Source: a virus
DNA: 64,000 bases
IMG/VR virus record: IMGVR_UViG_3300034122_002094
Reading direction: 5' to 3' (one strand)
The position numbers were made by a program, and so were the translations under genes. The notes below the pieces were generated by a model. It was given only the letters and a program-made list of their open reading frames with translations. It had not been told where the DNA came from and did no database searches. Positions 20,101 to 31,800 of the stretch are shown piece after piece. Position 1 is the stretch's first letter. Each line of letters begins with the position of its first letter.

Positions 20101-22059
20101 CGTGTAGTAGACGTGAAGCTGGCTGTTGAGAACGCAAGCGTCAAACGACCAGATCTGATCGCCCTGAGCGACAGACGGCAGGTGCAGCTCGTTACCACGC
20201 TGGATGACATCCGTCTCGGGGTCGTATGTTGACACCATGATCGGCTGGTTCACAGGTCTCAGGCTGTCCCTCAGATCCAGGTTGGTCTCAAGATAGCAGA
20301 AGTGCAACAAGCCGCTCGCGCCCTCAAATGCGCTGATAGACTTGGTTGTCAGATCTGCAAGGCGCTCAGATCCTGACACGTCGATAGCTACAAAAGAATT
20401 TGCGCTTACGTCATGCAAGTAGGCGAAAAACTTGCCTTTTGCAAAATAGTTGTAGTCAAAGTAAAGTCGAGTCAGACCTGGATCTGCTCTATCAGCCAGG
20501 CTTTGTTTGTTTACATACGCGACAGGATACTCGAATGAAGAGATTGGATCGACATAGTCAATCTGACACTCGAAGTCAGCCCCTCGACCTGCGTTGTAGT
20601 TGGTGACCTCGTGCTCAACGTAGTAGTGGCCGCGCGGCATGGTCAACAGGAGGTTGCCTGTCTCGCTTGACGATGGCGCTGTTACAAAGCTTTGAGAGTA
20701 GATCGGGGTGTCGTCCCCAATTCGGAAGACTCTCAGGCGGTGGGCCATGTCAGGCACACCAGGTCCGCCAGGTTGTACAAAAATTGTAAACTGGAGACGA
20801 TGCTGAGCGCTCTCATCATAATCGTCGACTCCGGCGCCGCCCTCTACGCCATAGTAGAGAACGTCTCCATTGGTCAGCGCCAGCGTCCTGCTATAAGCTG
20901 TGCGCAATGGACTCAGCAGCTCTGATGTCAGGCTGATGTTCTTCTGGAACACATGGTTGCAGCCGAGACGGGCTCCGTCAATGCGCATGGAGAAGCCTGG
21001 AAGAGCCGCCTCGGGCTGGATCGAGCCAGCCGTGCGCACCTCATATGTGGCTGTCGTCAAGTCCTGAGGCGAACCATCATCAAAGCAAGTGTTGTAAGCT
21101 TCTGTATTGCCTCTGTTATTTTCTGATGGAAGACCTCTGAGCGGGCAGACGGCAGGAGGGTTGCTGTCAGAATAGATCTGCGTTGTGAGAGACGTGACGA
21201 GAGCGAGCTCATCTCCATTGCGATCAGGGCGAAGGCTCGTGAAGTCCTCGATCACCGCCGTATCGCCAAGACCAGCGCCACAACCATAGAGGAGCGCGCC
21301 TGTGAACTCTCCATAGCACAGGTTGTCGGACATGAAGACGGCTGCACGATCTGTCATCGACAGGCAGATAGGCAGGGTCGAAGGGTGTCCGTCGTACCAG
21401 TGCGGATGCCAGAAGACCGGGAAGGTGTGCAGATGGATCGGCGTCACCTCTCCATTGCCAGGAGCGGTGGACGTCCCTGCCAAACGAACGGTCAGCGAGA
21501 AGGCGCCTGTTTGGCTGATGCCTGCTGTGGGGGTGCTCAGGCCGGAGATCCAGCGACCCTCGTGGAAGAGGCATGGCACAAGTTGATCGTCTGGCGTTCT
21601 CGTGAAGCGGAACACAAGTGTGTCTGGCAACGAGAGCGTCATCGCCACCGCTGGATCGCTGTATGTAAAGAATGTGACTGTGTACTTGCCTGAAGCCAGC
21701 TTGGCGATCCGCACCTCCGCATCCGAGACGAGGACCCTCAGGACCTGCCCTGATGTTGACAGCTCATTCAAGTTGTGGCGAAGCGCATACTCAACGGACA
21801 GGATTCGTGTCTCGTCACCAGCGAAGGTGTAGCGCTCCTGGTGAACGCCCGAGCCAGTCCCCTCCAGCGCAAAGCGATGCGGACCTGTCTTGACCACAGC
21901 ATTCGTTGTCACGTCGGTCACGAAAGGCGTCTGCTCGGAGAGACCGTAGCACTCGGTCTGGTCGAAGACTGGCGTGCCTTGCGCCTCAATGGCAAAGCCT
22001 GCGCTGCGCCCCTGGATGATGTTCGTCGAGGGATTCGTCAAAGACTTAAATTTGTACAT
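17170..22059 (-). CDS. Large virion tail protein (distal tail region)
   Basis: About 1630 aa and beta-rich; first gene after the tape measure; GGAG RBS before ATG at 22059. Confidence 0.6.
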   Translation of the reverse strand: MYKFKSLTNPSTNIIQGRSAGFAIEAQGTPVFDQTECYGLSEQTPFVTDVTTNAVVKTGPHRFALEGTGSGVHQERYTFAGDETRILSVEYALRHNLNELSTSGQVLRVLVSDAEVRIAKLASGKYTVTFFTYSDPAVAMTLSLPDTLVFRFTRTPDDQLVPCLFHEGRWISGLSTPTAGISQTGAFSLTVRLAGTSTAPGNGEVTPIHLHTFPVFWHPHWYDGHPSTLPICLSMTDRAAVFMSDNLCYGEFTGALLYGCGAGLGDTAVIEDFTSLRPDRNGDELALVTSLTTQIYSDSNPPAVCPLRGLPSENNRGNTEAYNTCFDDGSPQDLTTATYEVRTAGSIQPEAALPGFSMRIDGARLGCNHVFQKNISLTSELLSPLRTAYSRTLALTNGDVLYYGVEGGAGVDDYDESAQHRLQFTIFVQPGGPGVPDMAHRLRVFRIGDDTPIYSQSFVTAPSSSETGNLLLTMPRGHYYVEHEVTNYNAGRGADFECQIDYVDPISSFEYPVAYVNKQSLADRADPGLTRLYFDYNYFAKGKFFAYLHDVSANSFVAIDVSGSERLADLTTKSISAFEGASGLLHFCYLETNLDLRDSLRPVNQPIMVSTYDPETDVIQRGNELHLPSVAQGDQIWSFDACVLNSQLHVYYTVAQKRNNRYTRKALQVADRDIYGRSTNEYVDVPLAISSFPHLTRTLKIATLPLNEVTLFANGLSRCYMSNAVDYAVSSLEVALQMREFWTFNEAELATVAYREFGYYAGAQEIKCQASSDHNSIVVSVIEQSRRLPFILAGSGKTLKEVCLPPFFDIAYNDINQMRPIESLEACWNIDGDIVALATTIQLENMQDFASQPDQPHAELMSLDASILRSNRDRFFEFDMGSNWVGNWQLVNAYQPARRFEAVPVFNAHHDKALRTFTYSYNIVPEVTFNTYEDRPEMPARFMDNLSLTRDKHFLRVSASGSAYEEPAFYHSQFADSFPFGIPAHTVYHPSFLNTTPALVQSDLVTNSSTGATTINSSGFLIDALGVSKKLRLRNFEGNRGCRARFSFVLPSLSSSVDEDGMEIVLHDNTSNPDGSGTTLESLLRARITKPTTADVYELRAQYMDAGTLAYVTFATTELLPGVLYDLDLACKQAAQGKSDYMVIIKPRLSETGVVYSQSYAPASLMFNASAKASLSDGDIELYYRISSFGGDMTMDVWEVQLGDLIFDNGPREPVDGAFVDYGANPFIGSSSMPRNDTPTFALQDGHARTQWMLAATSGNVSCELYYPQGFKTRFTGTSNLTGDSLTLTRSVVTSPNNMLSSKLHGFWRASSSTAVIWADAQDSGLTSFVFDTILLKGKNFKDYQVIVRDSVSDPWQVVATVNSSHTRYRALANLSFPNSRILEADMKIYPDHHAMLDRRSWVQSLDTLELLALDDEAMVCAPPTTQVINQILSPFTESIRLPTPTLALPVRYQDVPDAPGSSFDFDAQVYSSDHFHRLSEPLRARYAGIRVSSSTPLPGGAVELESFDLGYASDLIDTLPDNGRGFQYEYASDVQYVLNNQVSESNVKNVSKQYNLSYGVTKSSTAHKIEAILSKISLNAKPIWVIEDVNDPDSCRLCLCDGEATRELLVDKVEARAYSITLKLKAVE

Positions 22060-22324
22060 TTTTTCTCCTTGGTGGGCTGAAGTCAAACGACATGAGGCCT
22101 GGGTTCATTCCTTTTTCGCCAGACCGTCTGGCGTCGCTTCAGAGGCCTTCGGTGGCGTTGGACGGCTCTTCACTCGCAGTCGACGAACGAACGTCTCCTG
22201 AAGCCTGCTAGAGGCCTCCAAAGCGAGTGTCGTTGTGCTGGCCACAGTATGGCCTCTCCGTGGCGCTGGTCCGGCTGAGTCTTTCATTTTTTATTTTCAG
22301 ACCACCACTACACTGACCGAAGTG

Positions 22325-22807
22325 GTGACTCGCGAGTCAGTCGCTGTGTACCGATGGTGCCGACACACAGCGGAAAGGGAGGGCCGGTACACGCTTTTAC
22401 CTATTGGACTCAGGTGCTTAAACACCATCTGAGAGCTTCGGTGTACCGGGCCAATCAGGGTGTGTGCAAGCCGTGTGCAGCGGTGCCCGGTACACACTTA
22501 AATCAATATGGCGTATGTCTTTTATTCTCTTTGGAATGGGCGTGTACCGGGGGGCGTGCTCTTTTCTTGTTTTCTCTTAGAACATATAAAGAAAGAGACC
22601 AGAGTGGCGGTACACGCCATTGCTCTTGTCATTAAGTAGTTGGTAAATAAAGAGAAAAGCGTGTACCGGGCCTTGCCGACACACGCTTGCACACATACAC
22701 GGTCAGCGCCTGTAAAAACGAGCCGATTCAAATGTTTAAGTGTGTACCGGGCATCAAGGCCTTCCGACCCGTCCGCCCGGTACACACTTCACTGACTCAC
22801 GAGTCAC
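22325..22807. repeat. Array 1 of alternately oriented GTGTACCGG boxes, bounded by 17-bp palindromic inverted repeats
   Basis: Forward boxes near 22346, 22441, 22542, 22661, 22742; reverse boxes at 22384, 22487, 22607, 22777. Ends are GTGACTCGCGAGTCAGT (22325-22341) and ACTGACTCACGAGTCAC (22791-22807). Confidence 0.9.
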
Positions 22808-25800
22808 TCGCGGTTCTTGTCGGCCTGCTTCATCTTCTTGCGGAGCTCAGCCACCATCAGCCTGCTGTTGCGCAGCGTCTCATCTCTGCTTGTGCCGCTG
22901 GCGGCATTGACAGTGAGGTTGAACGTCTGCGTCTTCTGGTTGTTGGTGTTGTAGGTCTGAGGAGCCGCGCTGACGCGAGACGGCGCTGACATGGGAGTGG
23001 ACGATGTGGCTGCACGCTGGTAGTCAGGGATGAACTGACCGCCGTTGATGTTGTTGATGGCCTTGACGCCACCGAGCATCGCCACCGCCTCACGAGTGAG
23101 CACCGCCTCACCGCCGAGCAGCATCGCTGGTCGCTCACCTCTGCCCGGCACAAGACCACCCTCGTGGAACTTGTCCAGCCCGAGGGCACCGCCAAGCGCG
23201 TTGGTGATCGTCTTTGTGACCGAGAAGCCCTTGGTGATGTCCGTGCCTGTGAGCCCCTTCGAGATACCACCGATGGTGCGCAGGATGAGATCCGGCACGA
23301 TGCCGATGACGGCGCCGATGATAGCTGGGATGAGTCGAGCGATGAGCATTGGGAGGTTCTCCACAAGGCCAACGATCATGAGGACCGCCAGCGTTGGGAT
23401 GACCGCCGTGAGCTCAGCGATGAGGTTCGCCAGGTTGGGCAGCAGCGCGCCTGCCATCTCGAAGACCACACCAATGAGCGGGCGGATGAGCTGGAACAGG
23501 GCGCCGAGCATCATGGAGATGATCTCGGGGAACTTCTGAACCACCGTCACGATCACCTCGCTCAGGAGGCCTGGCAGCACCTCGACCAGCGCTGTCAGCA
23601 CGTTCGGCAAGACGTCGTCCACGAGGATCAGGAAGATCTCCTTGAACAGCGGTCCGACCTCCTTCATGACAGTCTTGATGGTGTTCGGCAGCTCACTTGC
23701 AAACTTCTTGATGAAGTCGATGAGATACTCGCTCTGGCCTGTCAACGCCGAGTTGAAGACCATACCGAACACTGTCCCGATCGCCGAGATCGTTGTCGTC
23801 GCGAGCGAGATGCCTCCTGCGCCGACAAGCCCGAGTCCAGCATCCAGCATATCCGATCCGCCAACCTGGGCTCCACCAGTGAGGCCATCGAACAACGTCC
23901 CGAGGTTGTTCTTGGTGTTGAGCGCGCCGAGGGGCGCAGTGAACACCTCAAGCTCCTGGAGACCAGCCAGCGCATTGCTGAATCCAGCGCCGATGTTCTC
24001 GACAGCAGGACCGAGGAAGTTGTCCTTGAAGACCTGACCAGTGCGCATGAGCGCATCCTGGTATGTCTTCTCAGCGGCCATCAGCGCCTCATATCGAGTA
24101 CGCTCAGCATCCTGAATCGAGTTGATGTAGTCGTAGTAGCTGTTCTCATTTCGAGCAAGACCATCGTTGGCCGTTTGAACGCTCGAAGCGAACTCCTGGC
24201 TTGCAGTCTTGATGTCCTCGATGAGCTGCTCGAACGACTGAGCATTGGAGACCGCATACTCGATGTTACCGATCGCCTCAAGCGCAGGCGTCAGCCCCGT
24301 TGTGATGGACGCGAACATCGACGGGATTCGCTTCACCAGCGCGGCTGCGAGGCCCTTCCATGAGCCCTCTGCCATCGCTGTGTTCATCATCTCATCGACA
24401 CCCTTCAGGAACGCCTCCCTGACAGCCAGAGGAGTGTTCTTGTAGGTGATCTCCATGAGCTTGGCCTCTCGCTCACGATCGACCTGCGACTGCTGAGCAC
24501 CGATCGCGGCATCAGCCACGGCCTTGCTCGTCGCACGCTCCATCGTGTTCTCGATGCCTACGCCGATGACGCGCGTGAGCATACGAGCCGCAGCCTGATC
24601 GCCTGCGAGCTTTGCAGCCTCCTCAGCCTTGCCAAGAGTGTAGTCTGCCGCGACCTTGAGGGCAGAGCTCATGGTCACAGCCTGCTCCTCATAGAGCTCG
24701 GCTGCTCGGCCAATGAATGTGCCAAGGCTTGCACCAGCTCCCGCCGCCGCAGCGACGCCACTGTTGCGCAGATCCGAGACATCAGGATTCGATCTGTAAC
24801 CACCTGTCTCAGTCTTGAGGTTCGCGGCAAGGTTCTTCTTGGCCGCCGCCCTACCAGACTTTGTAGTCTGACTCTGGAGCGCAGCGAAGCTGTCGACGAT
24901 GTTTTGGAGTCGAGTGATCTCGTTAGACAGGAAGTCAAGGTTGACCTCGAAGTCCTTCTCGATCTGAGGCAGACGGAACGACCCCTCGCCCTTGAGGGCA
25001 GCGGCCAGATCCATGTTACCATCGCCCATCATCGGGCCAAGGATGCTCATGATGGAGCGCAGCTCATCACGGATGAGCGCTGCGTCCCTCTTGAAGACAT
25101 CCATGTTGCGGAAGCCGACAGAGATCAGCATCTCGTTCTTGGCTGCCTTCTCCAGGCCTCTGACCTGCTCGTCCATCTGCATACGCAGCGTGTCAAGAGC
25201 TGCCAGGCCAGCCGCGTTTGTGCGGGAGGCCATCTCGACGAAGTCCTTGTCGAAGTCTGCCAGCGCCTTGTTCGCGCCCTCGTAGTCTCCCTCACGGATA
25301 GACTCGTTGAAGCGCGCCGCGTTGAGGTCCATGCGCTGCTGTGTCAGCTTGAGCAGCACTCTCTCGCGCTCAGCCTCCAGGTCATAGAGCTTCTTCGCCT
25401 CTCGGGCCGCGCGAGCGATGGGCTCGGGCAGTGCGTCAATGTTCACCTTGCCAGCGCGCAACGCATCGAGCAGTGTGTCGGCGAACTCACTGGTCTGTCC
25501 GACGACCTGTCCGAAAGACACGCCCAGAGCCTTGGAGAGCGTCAGAGAGGCCTTCAGAGGCGCTCTGGCGATGTCTGTCCCCATCGCGCTCTTGATGAAG
25601 CTCTCAAGCGGCGCACGGACCGTCTGGATCGCCTTGATGAAGTCCTTGCCGATCTCGGGGCGTCGATCATCGAACATGGCCTCAGCCATCTTCTTCTTGA
25701 TCTTGTCCAGCATGTCTGCTCGATCCTTGAGCAGCTTGACCTCCTTGTTCAACAGACGGATTGTCTCAGACTGCATCTGGAATGCAGTCGTCGCGCCGCT

Positions 25801-28800
25801 CGCGTAGGCCTTGTTGACCTCGTTGATCTGCTGACGGATGCGATTGATCGCTGGCAGCTTCGATGCGAGCGTCAGGATGTCGAGCGTCACCTCACGGAAG
25901 CCCTTCGGCGCCAGCATGGAAGCTGCGATGCCGTAGGTTTCCATCAGCATTTCATTCTCCTCGGCATAGGTGTCAAGGAGCTTGATGCGGTCCTTGAGGT
26001 ACGTCTGCTGGAGGTTGATGATCTGCGTGTACGCCGCGACCGACTCCTTTCCGTTGCCGAGCAGCTCACGGTCAAGCTTCATCTCGCGCAGCTTCTGCTC
26101 CACGATCAGTCGAGAGCGCTTCGCTGTGGACGAGAGGATAGCCAGACCATCAGTCTGGAATGTGTTGATCTGCTTTGCCGCAAAAGCTGCATCGTTGAAG
26201 GCATTCTTCTCCTTCTCGATCTGCGCAGCGATCTCGCGGTTCTGGCGGATGCGGTTCGCCTGTGACTCGAACAAGACCTTCGCAAGCTGGTTGATAAAAT
26301 CAAACTGCTGGCCTTGCTTGTCGAGCTGCTTGTTACCCTCCTCTCGCTGCTGCTGGGCCTCCTCCGACAGAGAAGACTGCGCAGCCTGCTCTGCAAAGCC
26401 CTTCTCCTGGAGCACGAGCTTGTCGCGCTCCATCTTGAGGATCGACTGAGCCATCGCCAGACGCTTCTGATCGGACAGGCCGATGCCGCCCGATGCCGCT
26501 GCACCGCCGTTCTGAGCTGCGTTCAAGTCCTCGACAGCGGCGATAGCCTCGCGGACCTTCTCCCTCGTCGTATCGAACTGCTGGGCGAACTCGTTGCGCT
26601 TGTAGATCTTCGACATCAGAGCATTGGACTCGACTGCGCGGATGGCGCCCTGCTCGATGTCCATGAAGAATCTCTCGAACTCTCTGGCCGTGTCCTCCAA
26701 GATCTTGTTCTGAGTGATGGCCATGATCGACGAGATGGTCTTGTCGAACGCCTCCGTGAATCCATCAGCGCTCGTGGATGCGTCCATCATCGACAGAGAC
26801 ATGACCTCGATGGCCTTGACGAACTGCTCGGAGCTCAGCGTCGCCATGCCGCTCTTCTCGTCATATGCCGAGAACAGTGACTCGATCGCAGCCTCCATAT
26901 CAGCGCCACCGAGAGACTCGATGAAGCGCTTCTGGAGATCCTTGTCGACCATCACGGCGTCCTCGATCAGACGACGAGTGCCCGCCTTGTCGACCTTCAG
27001 GCCACCAGGCATTGCGGCTGGCTGGAAGCCGCGCTCAGAGAAGTCGCGACCGCTCAGCTCTCCAGTCTTCCTCTGGTTGAGAGACTGCAAGCCCAGACGA
27101 CGGAACTCTGCAAAGTTCTGCTTCGATACAGCGACGCGAGCGTTGATGTCGCGCAGGTTGCTCATCACAGAGTTGAACATCTTCGGATCCAGAGGGACGC
27201 CAAACTGCTCACGCAGGTCATCGATCGAGCGGAAGGTCGCCGCGAAGGCATCCTGCGCTCCGACCTCCTGGATGTCAGCGATGGAGACCTTGAACTCATC
27301 GAGGCGGCCCTTGAGCCAGTCAAGGTTCTTGCCTGTCAGGCGCGTCATCTCGAAGACCTTCTCATCGATCTTCTTCAGACCCTCCAGATCTGTTGGCTTC
27401 ACCGCAAACGCTGTGCGCAGACGAGAGCGAGCCTTGATCACCGAGGAGACGAACTCCTCTGTTCTCTTGGTCGAAGTGATGATCTGGTCCTTGAAGGACT
27501 TGTCATCGATCAGAGAGAAGTCGCCTGAGCGGATACCAGCAGACATCTGCTCACGGCGCTTGTTGATGTCGTTGATGGCTGCCACCGCCTCAGCCATATT
27601 CTTCTCGTTGACCATCTGGCCACGACTGTCACCAGCGACCACGTCGTACTCGTTTTGACGCTGTGCGTCTGCGAGCTTCTTTGTCTGTACAGCGAGCTCG
27701 TCATCGAGCTTCTTGAACAGGCCCTTCATGCTCGATGGGTCGACGATGTTCGCGATGTCCTTCTCGATACTGTCCTTGAGACCGTCAGGCAGCCCCTGGA
27801 GCGCGCGCATGGGCACACGGATACCTGCCCACATGTCGCTCGACATCGAGGCCGCTGCGAGCGTCTGGAGCGATCCGATGAAGGTGTCCTCGTGCGACAT
27901 GATCGCTTCTGTGATCGCATCGTCGATCGACTTGCCGCCGCCGAACTGGAGGTCGAGATCGAGGGCGAGACCCTTGACGATCGCGACGCGCTGCTCGTCC
28001 TGCTCGATCTTGAGCGCCTTCTCGCGCTCCTTGGCGTAGCCGCGCACCTGTTGAGCCAGCAAGCGATAGCTCTCACCGATCTCCTTGTTGGACATCATGG
28101 TGATGCCTGAGACGGTCAGAGCCTCGTCGCCGAGCTTTGTGATCTGCTGACGGAGCGCTGCTCCGAAGTTCTCTGGATCTGTCTTGCCGAGGTTGGCGAT
28201 CTTGTCGAACTGGTCAAACGCCTCGCCAACTCCCTTCATGGCCGACTGCTTTGCAGAGGTCTTCGAGAGGGATGCGTTGAGATCATCAATGCGGCCCTGG
28301 AGGTTCTCCACAAACGATGCAGCCTCTGCCGCACCAGTCGAGAAGGCGTAGAAGACGGCGCCAGCGGCCACGATAGCGAGCATTGGAGCCATCAGGGCGT
28401 ACAGAGCCTTGACGTTTGTCCAGATTGCAGCTCCCATCGCCCTGAAACCAACCGTGTTGGTGACGCTGACGACGCCAAGAGCCGCCAGCGATGGCAAGCC
28501 TGCTGTGACAGACGTGTTGAGAGCTCCCTGCGCAGCCGCTGCTTGAGCTGTTGCATAAGCCTCTTGCTGCTGAGCAACAGTCTTCGTCTTGATCGCGATG
28601 ACGAACTTTGCGTAAGCCCCGATGGCGCCAACTGTCTGCTGGATGAGAACTCGGCTCTGGAGCGCTCCAAGACCGTACACAACAGCCGCGAGGACGCGGA
28701 GCGTATTGGCCAGCGTGATCACGCCGAAAGCGAAGATGGCCAGCTTGCCGATGATGCCGCCCGTCGCGTTGTTCATCTGGGTGATCGCCATCGCCGATCC

Positions 28801-31800
28801 CTTGATGAACTCCAGGAACTGGATCGCATACGGCGCGAGCTTGTCAAAGCCCTGACGGATCAGATCGAGGATGGCTTGACGCATCTGATTAAACTTGCGA
28901 TCAAGCGACTTTGTGACGAGCGAGGAGAGCTCGTCGTTCACGCCTGCCGACTCATCCTTGATGCGACGCAGCGCCTTCTGGACCTCTGGGAACTTCTGAG
29001 CGAGCGTCACGAAGCCACGAGCACCCTCGCGGTCGAAGATCTGGAAGACCTTGTTGAGCTCGCCAGCCGAGATGGCGCCCGTCGCGAGCTTCTTGTTCAT
29101 CTGCTCAAGGATCGACATGAACTGCTCAGCGAGCGGCATGTTTGGATCGATCTCGACGCCGAACATCTTCTTGAGCATCTCGCCCTTGCTGGAGAGCTGA
29201 GCGAAGATCGTCTGGAGGCCACGACCGGCCATACCGCTCTTGATCATGTTGTCGTTGAGGACAGCGAGGTACGTTCCCATCTCCTGGAACGTGAAGCCAG
29301 CAGCACGACCCGTACCGATCACGAACTTGTAGCCCTGGACCATCTCGTCCATCTCGGCCTGGTGATTACGGAATACGGCAACGAGCGTGTTGTTGATTGT
29401 CTCGAACTCCATGCCCTGCGCACCAGCATCAGCCATGTTCTTTTTGAACACGTTGTAGATACCGGCCACAGCTCGGGTGATCTGAGTCGTCTCAGCGTTC
29501 GTCGAGTTAATGGTCTTGAGCGTTGGGATAAGAGCGGACAGCGTCTCCTCAGTGGAGAGACCTGCCGAACCGAGCTCCTTGACGACGTCAGCGGCAGCCG
29601 CCAGAGGCAGACCGAAGCGGACAGCCGCCGAGCGGACAGCCTCGGTTGCAGCGACAGTGATCTCCTCAAAGCTCTTTGTGTCCGACTGGAGGACAGTGAA
29701 TGCTCGCGTCATATTGCGCGCCTCACTGATGACCTCTCGGAAGGCGATGCCTACCGATCCAAGCACAGCCGTCATGGCACCAGCGCCGATGGCGAAGTCG
29801 AGCTGCTGCTTGATACCCTCCACGAGCTGGAAGGCATAGTCCCTGAATGTCGTGCTGGTCGCGTTGACCACGAGGTCAGCGGTCTTCACAGACCCGGCCA
29901 TGTGGTTTGTCGTGGCGATCAGGCGCTCGGACTCAACCAGCGTGCGACGCAGCTCGTTGCGGTAGACCTGCTGCTCCTGCGTGAGCTCTCCCATGCTCAC
30001 CTCAAGAGCATCGAAGCTGCGCACGCCCTTGAGCGCTGCATTGTAGGCAGCCTGGAGCTCAGTCCTCAGAGACTTGAACTCGTTGGACGCCATCGCCAGG
30101 CGAGTCGTGTCCATCGAGCTGAGATCCTGGTTGATCTCAGCAAGCTGCTGGCGCATGGCGCCCGAGTCAAACGTCTGGGTGTTGAAGGCGGCCTGACGAC
30201 CACGATCAGCGAATCCAGCGTTGGTCTGCTGCTGCTGGAACTCAGGCGAGAAGCGCATGTCCGACAGCTTCTGAGCACGAGCCATGAAAGACGCAAGCGC
30301 CGCATCAGCGCGGTCGAGCTGCATCTGGAGCTGAGCTGTCTCCTCCGCGCCCGCGCCCATCGACTGCGCAAGGTTCAGACCAGCCTTGGCCTCGTTGCGG
30401 ATCTTGTTCAGGCTCTGGAAGAGCTGCTGAGCCTCCTGCACTGCATTCTTGGACTGCAACGACAGGATCTCAAGATCCTCGGGCGCAACCTTGGTCTTCG
30501 ACATGCGCTGGAAGCCAAGCTCAAGCAGGTCAATCTTCTGACGCGCCTGCTCGACCTGGTTCTCGATGTCGTTGTACCCCTCCGAGATCTTGATGTTGGC
30601 TGCGCTTGCAGATCTGGATACATCGGTGTTCTGCTGCTTGAGACGGCCAAGCAGATCCACCATGCCGTCAACGACCTTGACATCAGCCGAGCTCACAACA
30701 ACAGAGCCGTCAAGACCTCTGCGCTCTACGCGCTGAGACTCGACGACGCCCTTGATGGTGTCGTCATAATACTTGTTCTTGGCCTTGCGGGCCTCATCGG
30801 CAGCCTTAGCGATCAGGCGCAGACGCTGCTCCTCGCTCTCAGCGCCACGAGCGACCTCCGAGAAGATCGAGCTGCCGCCAGCGCGGGCGTTGGCCTCCTC
30901 TGTGTCGATGCCACCGATCTCACGGCGACGAGCGATCTCAAGACGCTTGACAAGCTGATCGCCCTGACGGACAAGGCCAGCCAGACGAGTGTCGAGGCTC
31001 TTGGCGATCTCCACCTGAGATGGATCGAGGATGAGGCCGTCCCAGCCCTGGACCTCTGCGATGGTGTCCTGAATCTCAAGGAAGGCAACACGGAAGCGCT
31101 CCGCGTCTCTGAGCGTCTTCTCAGTGATGCGAGCAGGCTCCTCCGTCACACGAGTCTTGGAGCGGATGTCAGCCAGTACAGCCGAGGTCTGCGTCGAGAT
31201 GCCACGCACATCGTTCTGACGAACACCAGCCTCCTCTCGCGCCTCCTTCACTCGGATGAGGTTGAAGAACAGCTCCTCCAGAGAAGCTGCGGCCTGCTCG
31301 GCCTGTGGCGCGATGGCGCTGATGCCCTGGGCAACGGCGACTCCTGCGCCAGACAGCAGGTCCTCGCGCGCGCTACCAGCACCAGCAAGAGCGCCAATGC
31401 GGCTCATCAGGGTAGAGATCGCCTGGATGACCTGCGAGGATGTCGCAGGATCCTGGATCGCCTCGTTGAGCTTTGTGACGAGCTCAGACTGGAACTGCGC
31501 GACCATCGAAGGTGGCAGGAACTGCGAGCGGTTGTTCTGAGAGAACAGGCGCTCGATCATCTGAGGGCCAATGATCCCAGACAGCGCCGGATCGGAGGCT
31601 GCCTCCTGGAGCTGTGCGATGAACGGAGCGAATGTCGCGCTGCCGCCCGAGCGCTGAGAGCGGCCATCAGCGGCCTGTGTCAGGGCGATGAACTCGCGCA
31701 GTCGCGGCATGACCTGAGCAAACTGTGTCGCAGTCTGCGTAGCGCGCTCACGGATCTGGCCCAGATAGCCAGTCTCAAGGTTCGAGGCGCGCTCCATAAC

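Noticed and set aside
22325-22807. CRISPR or TIGR-type guide array reading of the GTGTACCGG arrays (also 58176-58630)
   Set aside because: Repeats are only ~9 bp, alternate in orientation and have irregular period; no cas or Nop-domain gene is recognised nearby.
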